Assembly: GCA_002269645.1 (NCBI GenBank) | Contig: NIVC01002104.1 | Coordinates: 19,773 to 83,772, forward strand | From: Macrostomum lignano | Taxonomy: Eukaryota | Direction of reading: 5' to 3' | DNA: 64,000 nt | Part shown: piece by piece, positions 9,645 through 21,097 of the stretch | How positions within the stretch are numbered: the stretch's first letter is position 1 | Layout: every line of letters starts with the position of its first letter | Made by a program: the position numbers and the translations under genes | The notes under the pieces: model-generated | Database searches by the model: none | Seen by the model: the letters and a program-made list of their open reading frames with translations, nothing else | Told to the model about the DNA's origin: nothing

Positions 9645-12600
9645 TAGAAAGAACTGAACAGAATAGCCGACAAATGGTTTCTTCAATGGCATTGCGATGA
9701 CGAGGATCCTATATATCCACTTCGGTTCACGATCATTTACATGTATTTCTTCAATTTAAATGATCGTAAACCGAAGCTAAGGGGGGTGTCGAAGACATAT
9801 GTAGTCATATATTTATTTGTTGGCTTGTTGGCGATTGAAATGTCATCTTGAGTTAACGTGCGCTCCCAAGTAACTTGATGCTTTATTATTCTCTGCACGC
9901 TGCCACCCCCCCTCAGCTTCGGTTTACGATCATTTACATGTATTTCTTCAATTTAAATGATCGTGAACCGAAGCTAAGGGGGGTGTCGAAGACATATGTA
10001 GTCATATATTTATTTGTTGGCTTGTTGGCAATTGAAATGTCATCTTGAGTTAACCTGCGCTCCCAAGTAACTTGATGCTTTATTATTCTCTGCATGCTGC
10101 CACCCCCCCCCCCTTAGCTTCGGTTTACGATCATTTACATGTATTTCTTCAATTTAAATGATCGTGAACCGAAGCTAAGGGGGGGGGTGTCGAAGACATA
10201 TGTAGTCATATATTTATCAAGGACTACTTAAGAACACAGGATGTTACACTTGCAAATATTGGCAGAATTCTAAAAGGCTGCTTTGAATGCATGTGTCTAT
10301 GGTTTTAGTGGCCTTTTTGCTTAGTTATTATTATTATTGCTTTATTATTCTCTGCACGCTGCCACCCCCCCCCTCAGCTTCGGTTTACGATCATTTACAT
10401 GTATTTCTGCCATTTAAATGATCGTAAACCGAAGTGGATATATAGGATCGTCTTCATGGAACAGTTCTGAGACGTGAAATGGTACACTAAAACCCCCTAC
10501 CTTCGGTTCACGATCATTTACATGTATTTCTGCCATTTAAATGATTGTAAACCGAAGTGGATATATAGGATCCTCTGCATGGAACAGTTCTGAAATGAGT
10601 TCTATAACAAGCAACTCTTTCAATTTGATGAATGTATGCGAATGAACAGATCTCTTTGCATCGTTTCATTCTGGTTGGCATTCAATCGTTTGACGACAGA
10701 AAAATAAAAAGGCTTGGAGTGATTTCAGTGCTGGTTTAAAAAATGATTAAAAAACACGAATTTCTTACTCTTGCATATCTTTCTTATAGGGATCGTCACC
10801 AATTTCAGGGATCGTAAACCGAAGGAATGCCGGCTATATCGCCTATATGACTTAATAGGATTTAAAGAGTTATTTTGTTTCATATTTTAAGGCAGTGCAT
10901 GAAAAATAGCTTAAGCATGGTTAAGCCTTTAAAGAAAAATGGTTATAAGACTGCACCTAAACCGCACCTACTTTTTTAATTTCAGGGTGCAGTTTTAAAA
11001 TTCAAGGTGCATATGCACACTCTGTGCACAAAAAAACCCTGGTAGGGCCTATTGCATACATAAAGATAAAATTGTATTGCACCCTTTGCCTTTGACTTTG
11101 GCTTGGTCTAGAACATTTGTAATGGCCTAGGCCAATGCCTAGGCTAAATAAATATTGCTAGGCCCCCCTATGCTAAAAAATTATCATTATCATCAAACAT
11201 CCAAATATAGTTTCATAGACATAATCTAGTTTTATTTTTTGATACACAAAGTATACTTTGCAGCTATCTTTTTAATGTTTTAGGCTTAGTGCTTAGGCCC
11301 AGGGGGTTGACAGCTATTTTATCTGCTATAAAAGTACAATTGTTGCCAGTTTGTCTAAACTACTTTTGTTTGCTAAAATACAATAAGTAATAATGATATA
11401 ATATAGTCATTTTTTGCTATAAAATATTAAGTGACATTGTTATTGACATAAGGCCTAGTATTAATATGTTTATAATAATACAAGGCCAACTGTTCCTCTG
11501 GAGGAGAAAGGAGAAGAACTTCTATCACCAGAATTCCATTCTCTGAAATTAATCAGCTGAATCCCATGACCCAAATCCCATCATCCAACTTTTCTTCAAA
11601 TTCATCAAAATCCTCTCCATGAAACTAAACACCATCAAAATCCTTTATGCAAAACAGAAATCCTCTCCATGAAACTGAAGAATATCAAAATCCTCTCCAC
11701 AAAACTAGACTCAATCAAAATTTTCTCTGTCAAAAAGAATCAACTCTCAGGATTCATTTGTTAGGTTTAGGGTTAGGATTAAGGTTGGAGCTGCATAGAG
11801 CTGCATGTTAAAAGGGCCCAATAAAAATTGAGCTAATTGAATCAATAGATTGAGCAATTTAATTCTCAGTCAGTCAGTATCAGTCTCAGTTAAAGTTTAC
11901 AAAAAGATTGTGCAATCTAAATCAACCCTCTATTACATAACACCAACCCCCTTCCAATACGCAGTGGCAGATAGAAATTGAAACCCTGCCTAACTACTAG
12001 GAGGTTGGTTGAATGCCATTGAACCCCAAAATGAGTATAATCTGCAATAACATTAAAAGTATGGAAATTTTTTGTTGGATACTGTGCTTTTGGTTTTCAT
12101 ATTTTAAGTAAACAACTTATATCCTCAAACTCAGTGTTGCAAGATCTTTTCACCAATATAAGTCTCTTTTCTCAAATTATATAAATAAAAGAGTAGTTAG
12201 TGTTTGAAATTTCCCTATTTTTATCATTTTAATATTGAGTGTATATGCTCTGCTTACTAAAGAGGCTCGAAAGTTGATGCATTGAATTTCAATGTCCAAC
12301 AACTACACAGGGCTGCCTATTGAAAGGAAAAGTAAATAAATAGTAGCCATATCATTGCGCAATTATCTATACAGTCAGCTAGTGAGCCAGGGTCCAATTC
12401 ATCAAATTAGCCTATTTGTTGCATACAAAAATTCTGCATTGATATATATAAGTCCTGCATTTGAGTTGCTAGCCATCTAGGAAGAGATATGCATTAAACC
12501 TGGTCGATTGCTTGATCAATCCACTCAGCTTTATATATAAGATAGACCTAGTGATAGGCTCTATGTCTATGATAAAATAAGATAACATTGTATCATGTTT

Positions 12601-12714
12601 TTGCCATTTGCTAAGCCATAGACCTCTGGATAATAGAAAACAAATTGCTTTAGCTACCCTTCCTTAGTGATTATAAGTCTAAGAATTTTAAAAGTAGCAT
12701 TATCTAATTTGATC

Positions 12715-13097
12715 TATATAACTTTTACCGACATATTTTTAGACACTTTGTCCAACACTTTTTTATGACACTTAAAATGTTGCAAAAAGTTTTAGAAAAA
12801 TGTGTCGTAACAATTAACTTTGCCAACATATCTTCTGACACTTTTTACAACACTTGAAATGTCATACATGTCTAAAAATGTGTCCGTAAAGGTTAATTAA
12901 TTGTTATGACATTTTTGCTGACCTTTTGCTGATCTTTTAGCATTTTCTATAACATTTTAAATGTCATAAAAATGTCAAAAGATGTTTTGGCAAAAGTTAA
13001 TTATTCTAACACTTTCTAATATTTTGCAACATTTTATCTTTGAGTGTTGTAAAAAATATTAAAAGATGTGTTTGAATGTGTTGGCAAAAGTAATATA
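12715..13097. mobile_element. AT-rich foldback or MITE-like element with long imperfect inverted arms
   Basis: 12715-12735 versus reverse complement of 13077-13097 match at 17/21. Inverted similarity continues about 110 bp inward (AAAATGTTGCAAAA, AATTAACTTT(T)GCCAA). Confidence 0.55.
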
Positions 13098-13919
13098 GGC
13101 CATTATCTGTAGTCTAGCTATTTATTAAGCTATTATAGCAAAATATAGCAATCAATAGGATTTTATGGACTAATATGATTAGCCCATATGGCCTTGGCCT
13201 ATATATAGAACTTGGTAATGCAAAAGTGCTTCTCTAAAAATGCATTGAAACCAATTTTTCTATAAATAAATATGACTTATAGTAAATAGCAATGATTAAT
13301 ATTGTTAGCAATCAATTCCTTAGCTCATAAAGCTGAGTTCTACCACTTTTGGTTGATACTAATAAACTGATACTAGACATTGGCATTGGCAATTGTAAAC
13401 TGAAGGTAGCTAGCTACATTGCCTTAGTTGGTAATAGTAGAAAATAGTAAATTCAGGATAGTCTACTAAACAATGTTAGACAAAGCTAAACTTAGTCTTA
13501 GATAAGCCTTCTTAACTAGAGGCAAGAAAGGTGGCTTGGAAGTAATTTTATTTTTATTTTAGGAGGGATAATTTTTAATTCTAAATACCATACTAGTATG
13601 GATAATAAGATAAATGTGCCATATGCCTATAGTCCTAGTAATCTATATATGAATTTTTTGTTAACTAGAATATATATATATTGGATCAAACAGAAAGTTC
13701 TCACATTTTGTAGAGCCTTCCATGAAACAAAGTTTTTTAAAACATGGAGGCACATCAATCCAAGATATAATTGTCATTATTATCAATCACTTTTTGTCAG
13801 CAAGTGATCATCAAAGCCATGTGTGGCCACACATTGTCATTGGGGAATTGGATGGGGCCATGGTTAGGATGCTTGTATTTGATATTGCAGCCAGTCTGTC
13901 CAGTTGTTGATAGTAGACA

Positions 13920-14560
13920 GTTGCATTAACACTCTGACCTAGGTTGAGCAGTCTCTAGTACAGCACACCTTGGCTGTCCCACCAGATGCACAGCAGGACC
14001 TTGTGGAGGTAGAGATCAGTCTGGCTGGGGCTAGGTGGTGCTACCTTTGTCAACCCATAATTGGTAGCGGCGCTTGTTGAAGAATAGACACCACTTCTCA
14101 TCACTCGTAACAATTGACTTCAGCTAGGCTGTTGTGCATTGGTAGGACAGCAAAGTTGTTGAGGCACTGGATTGGCACTGGTAGTCAAAGGGAGTCAGAT
14201 CGTGGGGTACCCATTGGTTGATCTTGTATACCTTGCTGAGTGCATATAGATGATTGACGACTGCTTGGTGTGATACCCCCAGTTCTTCTGCTAAGTTATA
14301 GGCAGTTAGGTGATGATCATCCTATAGTAGCTGTAGGATGCAGTCGTCTTCAATGGTTGTGGGTCAACTGGATTGGGGCTGATCTTCAAGGCCCTCATCT
14401 CCAGATTGGAATCGTTTAAACCAATCTCGGGCCATGCATTCGGACACAGTCCCAGGGCCGAATGCATCACATAAGCGGCGACTCGATTCAGCAGCATTGA
14501 GATTGAGACCCACTGTAAAGTCGTAAAGAATACAGTCGGATTTGGGGCTTGGATAGAGAC
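13920..14560 (-). pseudogene. Decayed mariner transposase, different from the element at 8335-9644
   Basis: Minus-strand remnants: CILYDF...NAAESSRRLCDAFG..VSECMARDWFKRFQSGD, QWVPHDL (14196-14216), DEKW-like and KVLLCIWWD. Interrupted by stops and frameshifts. Confidence 0.85.
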
Positions 14561-15089
14561 ATGTAGCACAGTATTGTAGCACTGTAGCTGAAAATTGAGT
14601 TTGGGTTGCTATGCGTCAGTCAATGGACTTTATATATCCTTGCACACAAAACCTGGAATCTTCCAGAAATTTCTGTTTAACCCAATAGAACTTTACTTTT
14701 TAAAGTATATAAAAAATGATTTGTCTTAGCTCCCTAGAAAAAATATAGTCATTCAATAATTCCAATCTTATTGGAATAAGTTAACATTTGGTAGACATCA
14801 TCTAGTATGCCTAGGAAAGTTGGTCTAGCTTATGTATATGCACATGCATGGATGTATATCTAAGATATAGAAATATCTGTGCATAGTGCTAGGGCAAAAG
14901 TGAATGTCACAAGCCTTGAGTGGGCTGAATTGCTGTTGTGAAGTTTCAAAAGACCCGAGGGCGGGATAGAGTGGCTTTGCAGGCTTAAGTTTTTCGACTT
15001 GAAAATTTGCAAAACAAAAAGTGACGTAACTCTACTAACAATTGATGCTTATAATAAACTAATCTAATAGCTCAAAATCATCATTGTGC

Positions 15090-18012
15090 ATGTTGGCAAT
15101 TTCCAGTCGTCAAGGCCTACTAATTGGCCGATTTTTGTCTAGAAATGCGACAACTGCTCGCCACCTAGCTAGCGTGCCTAGTGCCAGTTTCAATGGCACC
15201 AATGGAAGCAGTCAGAGTCGAGGTCCTCAATGGGCTTCGAAAGTGGCACTTGTTAGCGGTGGATTCTTAGCTGGCTGCTGTCTGACAGTCTGGCAGTTGA
15301 GACGTCAGCGCAGCTTCAGCGAGGCTGCAGGCAGTGGCGTGGCTTTGGCTGCCAGCGCTAACAGGCCGACCCCGCCAACTAGCGTCAACCACATCGCCGA
15401 TCTGGTGGAGCTGGTGTCTCCCACGGCAGTTAACATCCGGGTAGAGGGCAGCACGGCGCTGCACTCAATGCTTGGCATGCCCAGCTCGCAGGGCTCCGGG
15501 TTTATTATACGCGAGGATGGCCTTATTTTAACAAATGCTCACGTGGCTGGAAGGTTTAAGGTGAGAACGGAGTAACCTGCTGTTGCTTGTTGGTTACCTG
15601 TGAATCTGTTATTAAAAGTCTAGGTGAAATCTCTGTGTATGGGACACTATTGGCGCCATCTCTGACACTACTGGCGCCATATTTGACACTATTGGCGCCA
15701 TCTCTGATCTCTGACACTATTGGCGCCATCTCTGACACACTATTGGCGCCATCTTCGACACACTACTGGCGCCAACTTTGACACATTACTGGCGCCTTCT
15801 TTGACACACTACTGGCGCCATCTCTGAGATAATCGGCGCCATCTCTAACACACTATTGGCGCCATCTCTGGCACACTATTGGCGCCATCTCTGACACGCT
15901 ATCGGCGCCATCTCTAATACACTGTCGGCGCCGCTATCTTTGACACACTATTGGCGCCATCTCTGACAAACTATCGGCGCCATCTTTAACATAATCGGAG
16001 CAATCTCTGAGACATATCGGCGCCATCTCTGATACACTATTGGCGCCATCTTCGACACACTATTGGCGCCATCTCTGACACTATTGTCGGCATATTTGAC
16101 ACTATTGGCGCCATCTCTGACACTATTGGCGCCATCTCTGACACATTATTGGCGCCATCTCTGACACATTATTGGCGCCATCTCTGACACATAATTGTTG
16201 CCATATCTGACACTATTAACGCCATCTTTGACACTATTGGCGCCATCTCTGACACACTACTGGTGCCTTCTTTGACACACTACTGGCGCCATCTCTGAGA
16301 TAATCGGCGCCATCTCTAACACACTATTGGTGCCATCTCTGGCACACTATTGGCGCCATCTCTGACAAACTGTCGGCGCCATCTTTAAGATAATCGGAGC
16401 AATCTCTGACACGCGATTGGCGTCATCTCTGAGACAATCAGCGCCACTTTTATCTAATATATCGGTGATAATATCGGCGCTATTTTCTATCTTTCCAGAT
16501 CTAGTACAGAAAGTCTAGTATTGTTACTATAAAAAAGTACTTTATTACCATTATCAACGCAGGGCAGCCTGGTTGTCACCCTAACAGACGGTCGCGAGCT
16601 TCCCGCAGAGCTGATAGCCATAGACGCTGAGAGCGACATGGCTCTAGTGAAGGTGTCGGCTCGCGACCTTCCCGTGCTACCGTTGGGCCAGTCGAAGCGC
16701 TGCCGAGCTGGCGAATGGGTCATCGCGATTGGCTCTCCGCTGACCCTCAGCAACACGGTCACGGTTGGTATTCTCAGCAATACAGCCAGAAATTTGGGCA
16801 CCGGTAGCAATATTGAGTATCTGCAAACTGATGCCGCCATCACGTTTGGCAATTCTGGCGGGCCATTGGTGGATATGCATGGCCAGGTGAGCCCGGTATT
16901 TTTATTATTGCCTGGCACACTATTAGACCTGTTTAACACCTGTTAGACAGAAGCTATACCTGTTAGACAGAAGCTATACTTGTTAGACAGAAGCTATACT
17001 TGTTAGACAGAAGCTATACCTGTTAGACAGAAGCTATACTTGTTAGACAGAAGCTATACTTGTTAGACAGAAGCTATACCTGTTAGACAGAAGCTATACC
17101 TGTTAGACAGAAGCTATACCTGTTAGACAGAAGCTATACTTGTTAGACAGAAGCTATACTTGTTAGACAGAAGCTATACTTGTTAGACATAAGCTATACT
17201 TGTTAGACATAAGCTATACTTGTTAGACAGAAGCTATACTTGTTAGACAGAAGCCTCACCTGTTAGACAGAAGCCTCACCTGTTATGCAGAAGCCTCGCC
17301 TGTTAGACGGAAGCTTTACCTGTTAGACAGGAGCCTCACCTGTTAGACGGAAGCTTTACCTGTTAGACAGGAACCTCCCCTGTTAGACAGAAGCCTCACC
17401 TGTTACACAGAAGCCTCACCTGTTAGACAGAAGTCTTATCTGTTAGGCAGAAGCCTCACCTGTTAGACAGAAGCCTTATCTGTTAGGCAGAAGCTTTACC
17501 TGTTAGACAAAACCCTCAACTGTTAGACAGAAGCCTCACCTGTTAGACACAATTTCCACGCACTTTTACTGCAGGCGATCGGCATCAACACGCTGAAAGC
17601 GGACGCTGGCATCAGCTTCGCCATTCCCATCGACGAGGCGAAGAATTTCGTAGACCAGGCCCTGTCCACCTCTCGCCAAGTGATCAGCCGGCCTAAGGCC
17701 TACCTGGGCCTCACGCTGCTGTCGCTCAACCCCACCATCGCCAGGCGGGTCTTCGGTCGCGATGGCATTGACAAAGGCGTCCTGGTGCACTCGGTTCACC
17801 CGGACTCGCCAGCTCAGCGGGCCGGCCTGGCCAGTTATGACGTCATTCTGACTGCGGACGGCGAGTCGGTTCGTCGGGTGTCCGATCTGCACCGCGCTGT
17901 TGCCAAGGCAACGCAACGAGGCGGTGGTAAATCTGTGACTGTTCGATTGCTGGTGCTGCGGTCTGGGCGCGAGCTTCAGCTGGATGTGCAGCCAGAACTG
18001 CAGGGCGGATGA
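15090..18012 (+). CDS. HTRA2: HtrA2/Omi mitochondrial serine protease, about 410 aa; exons 15090-15560, 16563-16886, 17575-18012
   Basis: Arg/Ser-rich presequence, TM helix, catalytic triad in TNAHV, DAESDMAL and FGNSGGPL, then AIGINTLK..GISFAIP and a single C-terminal PDZ domain. GT-AG phase-0 junctions keep the frame. Confidence 0.9.
15640..16440. repeat. Degenerate about 21-24-bp minisatellite (GACACTATTGGCGCCATCTCT) in HTRA2 intron 1
   Basis: Tandem copies with a palindromic TGGCGCCA core. Confidence 0.9.
16938..17550. repeat. 20-bp minisatellite (TGTTAGACAGAAGCTATACC) in HTRA2 intron 2
   Basis: Clear 20-bp period; unit variants change from one end of the array to the other. Confidence 0.95.
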
Positions 18013-18519
18013 GCGGCTGGTGGCTTTGGCCAGGTTTAAAGCCATTGAGGAAATATTGAGTATCCGCTTCTGCCTGTCTTTACTGTGTCTTTGTGCCTGT
18101 GTGTCTGCCTGTCTGTCTGCTCTGTCTGTCTGCTCTGTCTGTCTGCTCTGTCTGTTAGTTTTCCTGTTGCAAATCTTACTGAAAGTCTGCCATTGTTTCA
18201 GAAGATAAAGGATGCGAAAGAAGAGCTAGACAAGCTTATCCAGCGATTTAGTGTGTTAATATGGCTAGTAGACCTGCCGTCTTTGATGCTTAGTTGAATA
18301 AAATGCAAGTATTGACTCCCAGCATCGCCTATTATTAGTTAATAAATAATTGTAATTAATTTTTTTGCGCTCATAGTTTAATGTGTAGATATAATGAAAA
18401 GTTACTTGCTTAGAGACCGTGAGAGAAGACACTGCATATTTCTAATGTATTCGTTTGAAATTTCAATTTCATTAAATAGTTCATACTTTTATTAGTCAAT
18501 GCAAATCAGGGACTTATTA

Positions 18520-19032
18520 GCAAATCCCAGATCCTCATAATTCAGATATTCAAATCCCAGATCCCCATAATTCAGCTATTCAAATCCCAGATCTCATAAT
18601 TTAGCTATTCAAATCCCAGATTCTCATAATTCAGCTATTCAAATCCCACATCCCCATAATTCGGTCATTTAAATCCCAGATCCCCATAATTCAGCTATTG
18701 AATTCCCAGATCCTCATAATTTAGCTATTCAAATCCCAGATCCTCATAATTTAGCTATTCAAATCCCAGATCCTCATAATTCAGCTATTGAAATCCCAGA
18801 TCCTCATAATTTAGCTATTCAAATCCCAGATCCTCATAATTTAGCTATTCAAATCCCAGATTCTCATAATTCAGCTATTCAAATCCCAGATCCTCATAAT
18901 TTAGCTATTCAAATCCCAGATCCCCATAATTCAGCTATTTACGCTCGTAAGTCCCAGATCCTCATAACTCAGCTATTCAAATCCCAGATCCCACAATTCA
19001 GCCATTCAAATCCCAGATCCTCATAATTCAGC
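18520..19032. repeat. 30-bp minisatellite (AAATCCCAGATCCTCATAATTCAGCTATTC)
   Basis: 30-bp period visible directly at 18721-18900. Confidence 0.95.
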
Positions 19033-19056
19033 TGAACTCCCAATTCCCCTTTCCAG

Positions 19057-19617
19057 GCGACTGCAGCTGTCCGGTCTCTGCTGCTCCTGTGCCTGCTGCT
19101 CCCAGCCAGCAGCTCGGCCGAGCAGAAGAAGCCGCTGTCCGAGTACTCTGACGCAGACTTGGAGCGACTCTACAAGCAGTGGGAAGAAAGCGATCCGGAC
19201 TCGGAGCCCGAGAGCACCAGCTGGAAGAGCCCACAGTTGGATCTAACCAAGGTGCCGGATTTGACAGATCCCACACTAATCCTGCAGCACTCCAGCCGTG
19301 GCCAGCCGGTGCCTCTGATTGTCCGCATCGCTGGAGCCGAGGGTCGCGACTCCGTATGGCTGGAGAATCTGTCGCGCAACTGGCAGCTGGAGATGTTCAA
19401 CGCTCACATGGAGACGACTAGGCGAGTTGTAGAAGACGGCACGGTGCAACTGATCGCTCTTGATGGCTCTCAGGTGGTGAAAGTGCGCGAATATTTGCTA
19501 GCCCAGCCTAACTGTTATTCTGTCACTATCGAGGGTCACACTGTACTCGGTAGGGGCGCTCCAGCTGCTGAAGTGGCCGCTGCCGCCGCTGCTAAGGCCA
19601 AGAAGACTGAACTATGA
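19057..19617 (+). CDS. MESD: MESD/Boca LDL-receptor-family ER chaperone, main exon; start codon not in this exon
   Basis: After the acceptor TTCCCCTTTCCAG the frame reads a signal peptide (ATAAVRSLLLLCLLLPASSSA), then SEYSDADLERLYKQWEE, which resembles the MESD DYNDADMARLLEQWE motif. Also WQLEMFN, DGSQVVKVREYLLAQPNCYSVTIEG and C-terminal KTEL (ER retention). Confidence 0.85.
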   Translation, partial: ATAAVRSLLLLCLLLPASSSAEQKKPLSEYSDADLERLYKQWEESDPDSEPESTSWKSPQLDLTKVPDLTDPTLILQHSSRGQPVPLIVRIAGAEGRDSVWLENLSRNWQLEMFNAHMETTRRVVEDGTVQLIALDGSQVVKVREYLLAQPNCYSVTIEGHTVLGRGAPAAEVAAAAAAKAKKTEL

Positions 19618-19829
19618 ACAGTAGTATAGTAGTGTTTACTTTGTATTTTTTTAAAAATGATTTCAACTTATTTTGTTATGTACACAATGAATTGTCTGCT
19701 TCAATCAATTTTTTAAATTACATGTAAATTCATTGTGCGATAACATTTTTTGTGTGATTTCCTTGTTCAAACTTTATAATATAGTAAAAGTTTTTTTCAA
19801 CAATATAAAGTACATTCATGTCTGTCCCC

Positions 19830-20500
19830 TCCTGAATGTACATTTACACCTCTACCCCCTCCAGGGTGTACATTCACAGCTCTACCCCTCAGAGTGTACA
19901 TTTACATCTCTACCCTCTCCCAGAGTGTACATTCACAGCTCTACCCTCTCCCAGAGTGTACATTTACAGCTCTACCCCCCAGAGTGTACATTTACAGCTC
20001 TACCCTCTCCCAGAGTGTACATTTACAGCTCTACCCCCCAGAGTGTACATTTACATCTCTACCCTCTCCCAGAGTGTACATTCACAGCTCTACCCTCTCC
20101 CAGAGTGTACATTTACATCTCTACCCTCTCCCAGAGTGTACATTCACAGCTCTACCCTCTCCCAGAGTGTACATTTACAGCTCTACCCCCTCCAGAGTGT
20201 ACATTTACAGCTCTACCCTCTCCCAGAGTGTACATTTACAGCTCTACCCCCTCCCAGAGTGTACATTTACAGCTCTACCCCCCAGAGTGTACATTTACAT
20301 CTCTACCCTCTCCCAGGGTGTACATTCACAGCTCTACCCTCTCCCAGAGTGTACATTTACATCTCTACCCTCTCCCAGAGTGTACATTCACAGCTCTACC
20401 CTCTCCCAGAGTGTACATTCACAGCTCTACCCTCTCCCAGAGTGTACATTTACAGCTCTACCCCCTCCAAAGTGTACATTCACAGCTCTACCCTCCAGTG
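19830..20500. repeat. About 30-31-bp minisatellite (CAGAGTGTACATTTACAGCTCTACCCTCTCC)
   Basis: Tandem array; it produces ORFs 19733-20540. Confidence 0.95.
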
Positions 20501-21097
20501 TACATGCAATTTGTGGACGCTCCTTAATTGGTTAACATAGGTCAATTAGTTTAGTCTAGTCATTCTGAGTTTCTTTACACGACACCCTAATATGCTAAAA
20601 TGCCTTAGTAGTTCTAACCAAAGAATTCTGTGGTTCTAAGTAAGCAATTAAATTCTTCCTGTGATGTTGAATCATAAAGGTTGTAACGTGACTTATTTAT
20701 TATCTTAACTGTTGATTTTGTCATTATATGAATTAGTTTGACCGTTTATTTAATGTTCCATTGATTTACTTTTAGTCCTACTTTTAGTAGCAATATACGC
20801 AGGTTTTTTAGAAAAACAACCGCAAAATTATGCAAGCAAGAGATTTTCGTCAGTTCAAGTAAAGCACTGGTTGTGCATAATATTGTTTTAAAATGTACGG
20901 TATATTTCCTTAGATCAATCATGCCGGATTTACATTAACAGACCAATTGATTCTACGAGTACCACTAAAAATCAAAAGCATTTATTTTGGTCTTCATTTA
21001 TTTGTTGGAAAAAAGGAAGCCGCTTCTATTGAATCATTTTTTTTGGCTCCTTCAGTTTCTGTAAAGCTCAGGGTTTGCGATAGAGAGAGACAGTAGT

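Larger units (their letters stand above)
8196..10831. mobile_element. Non-autonomous TIR element (about 1.32 kb without the mariner), perfect 22-bp TIR, 8-bp TSD GGCTATAT, internal hairpin array
   Basis: GGCATTCCTTCGGTTTACGATC at 8196-8217 and its exact reverse complement at 10810-10831. GGCTATAT at 8188-8195 and 10832-10839. Confidence 0.85.
8026..11041. mobile_element. Outer hAT-like MITE (about 370 bp of own sequence) interrupted by two nested insertions
   Basis: CTGGGTTTTTTTG (8031) versus CAAAAAAACCCTG (ends 11041), 1 mismatch. GTAGGGCC at 8018-8025 and 11042-11049. Five extra bases (CTGGC) lie between the left TSD and the TIR. AAGGTGC subterminal repeats at both ends. Confidence 0.6.

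Noticed and set aside
18193-18297. Exon-like segment KIKDAKEELDKLIQRF after the acceptor TTTCAG
   Set aside because: No in-frame donor links it to HTRA2 or MESD; more likely 3'UTR, though an alternative terminal exon is not excluded.
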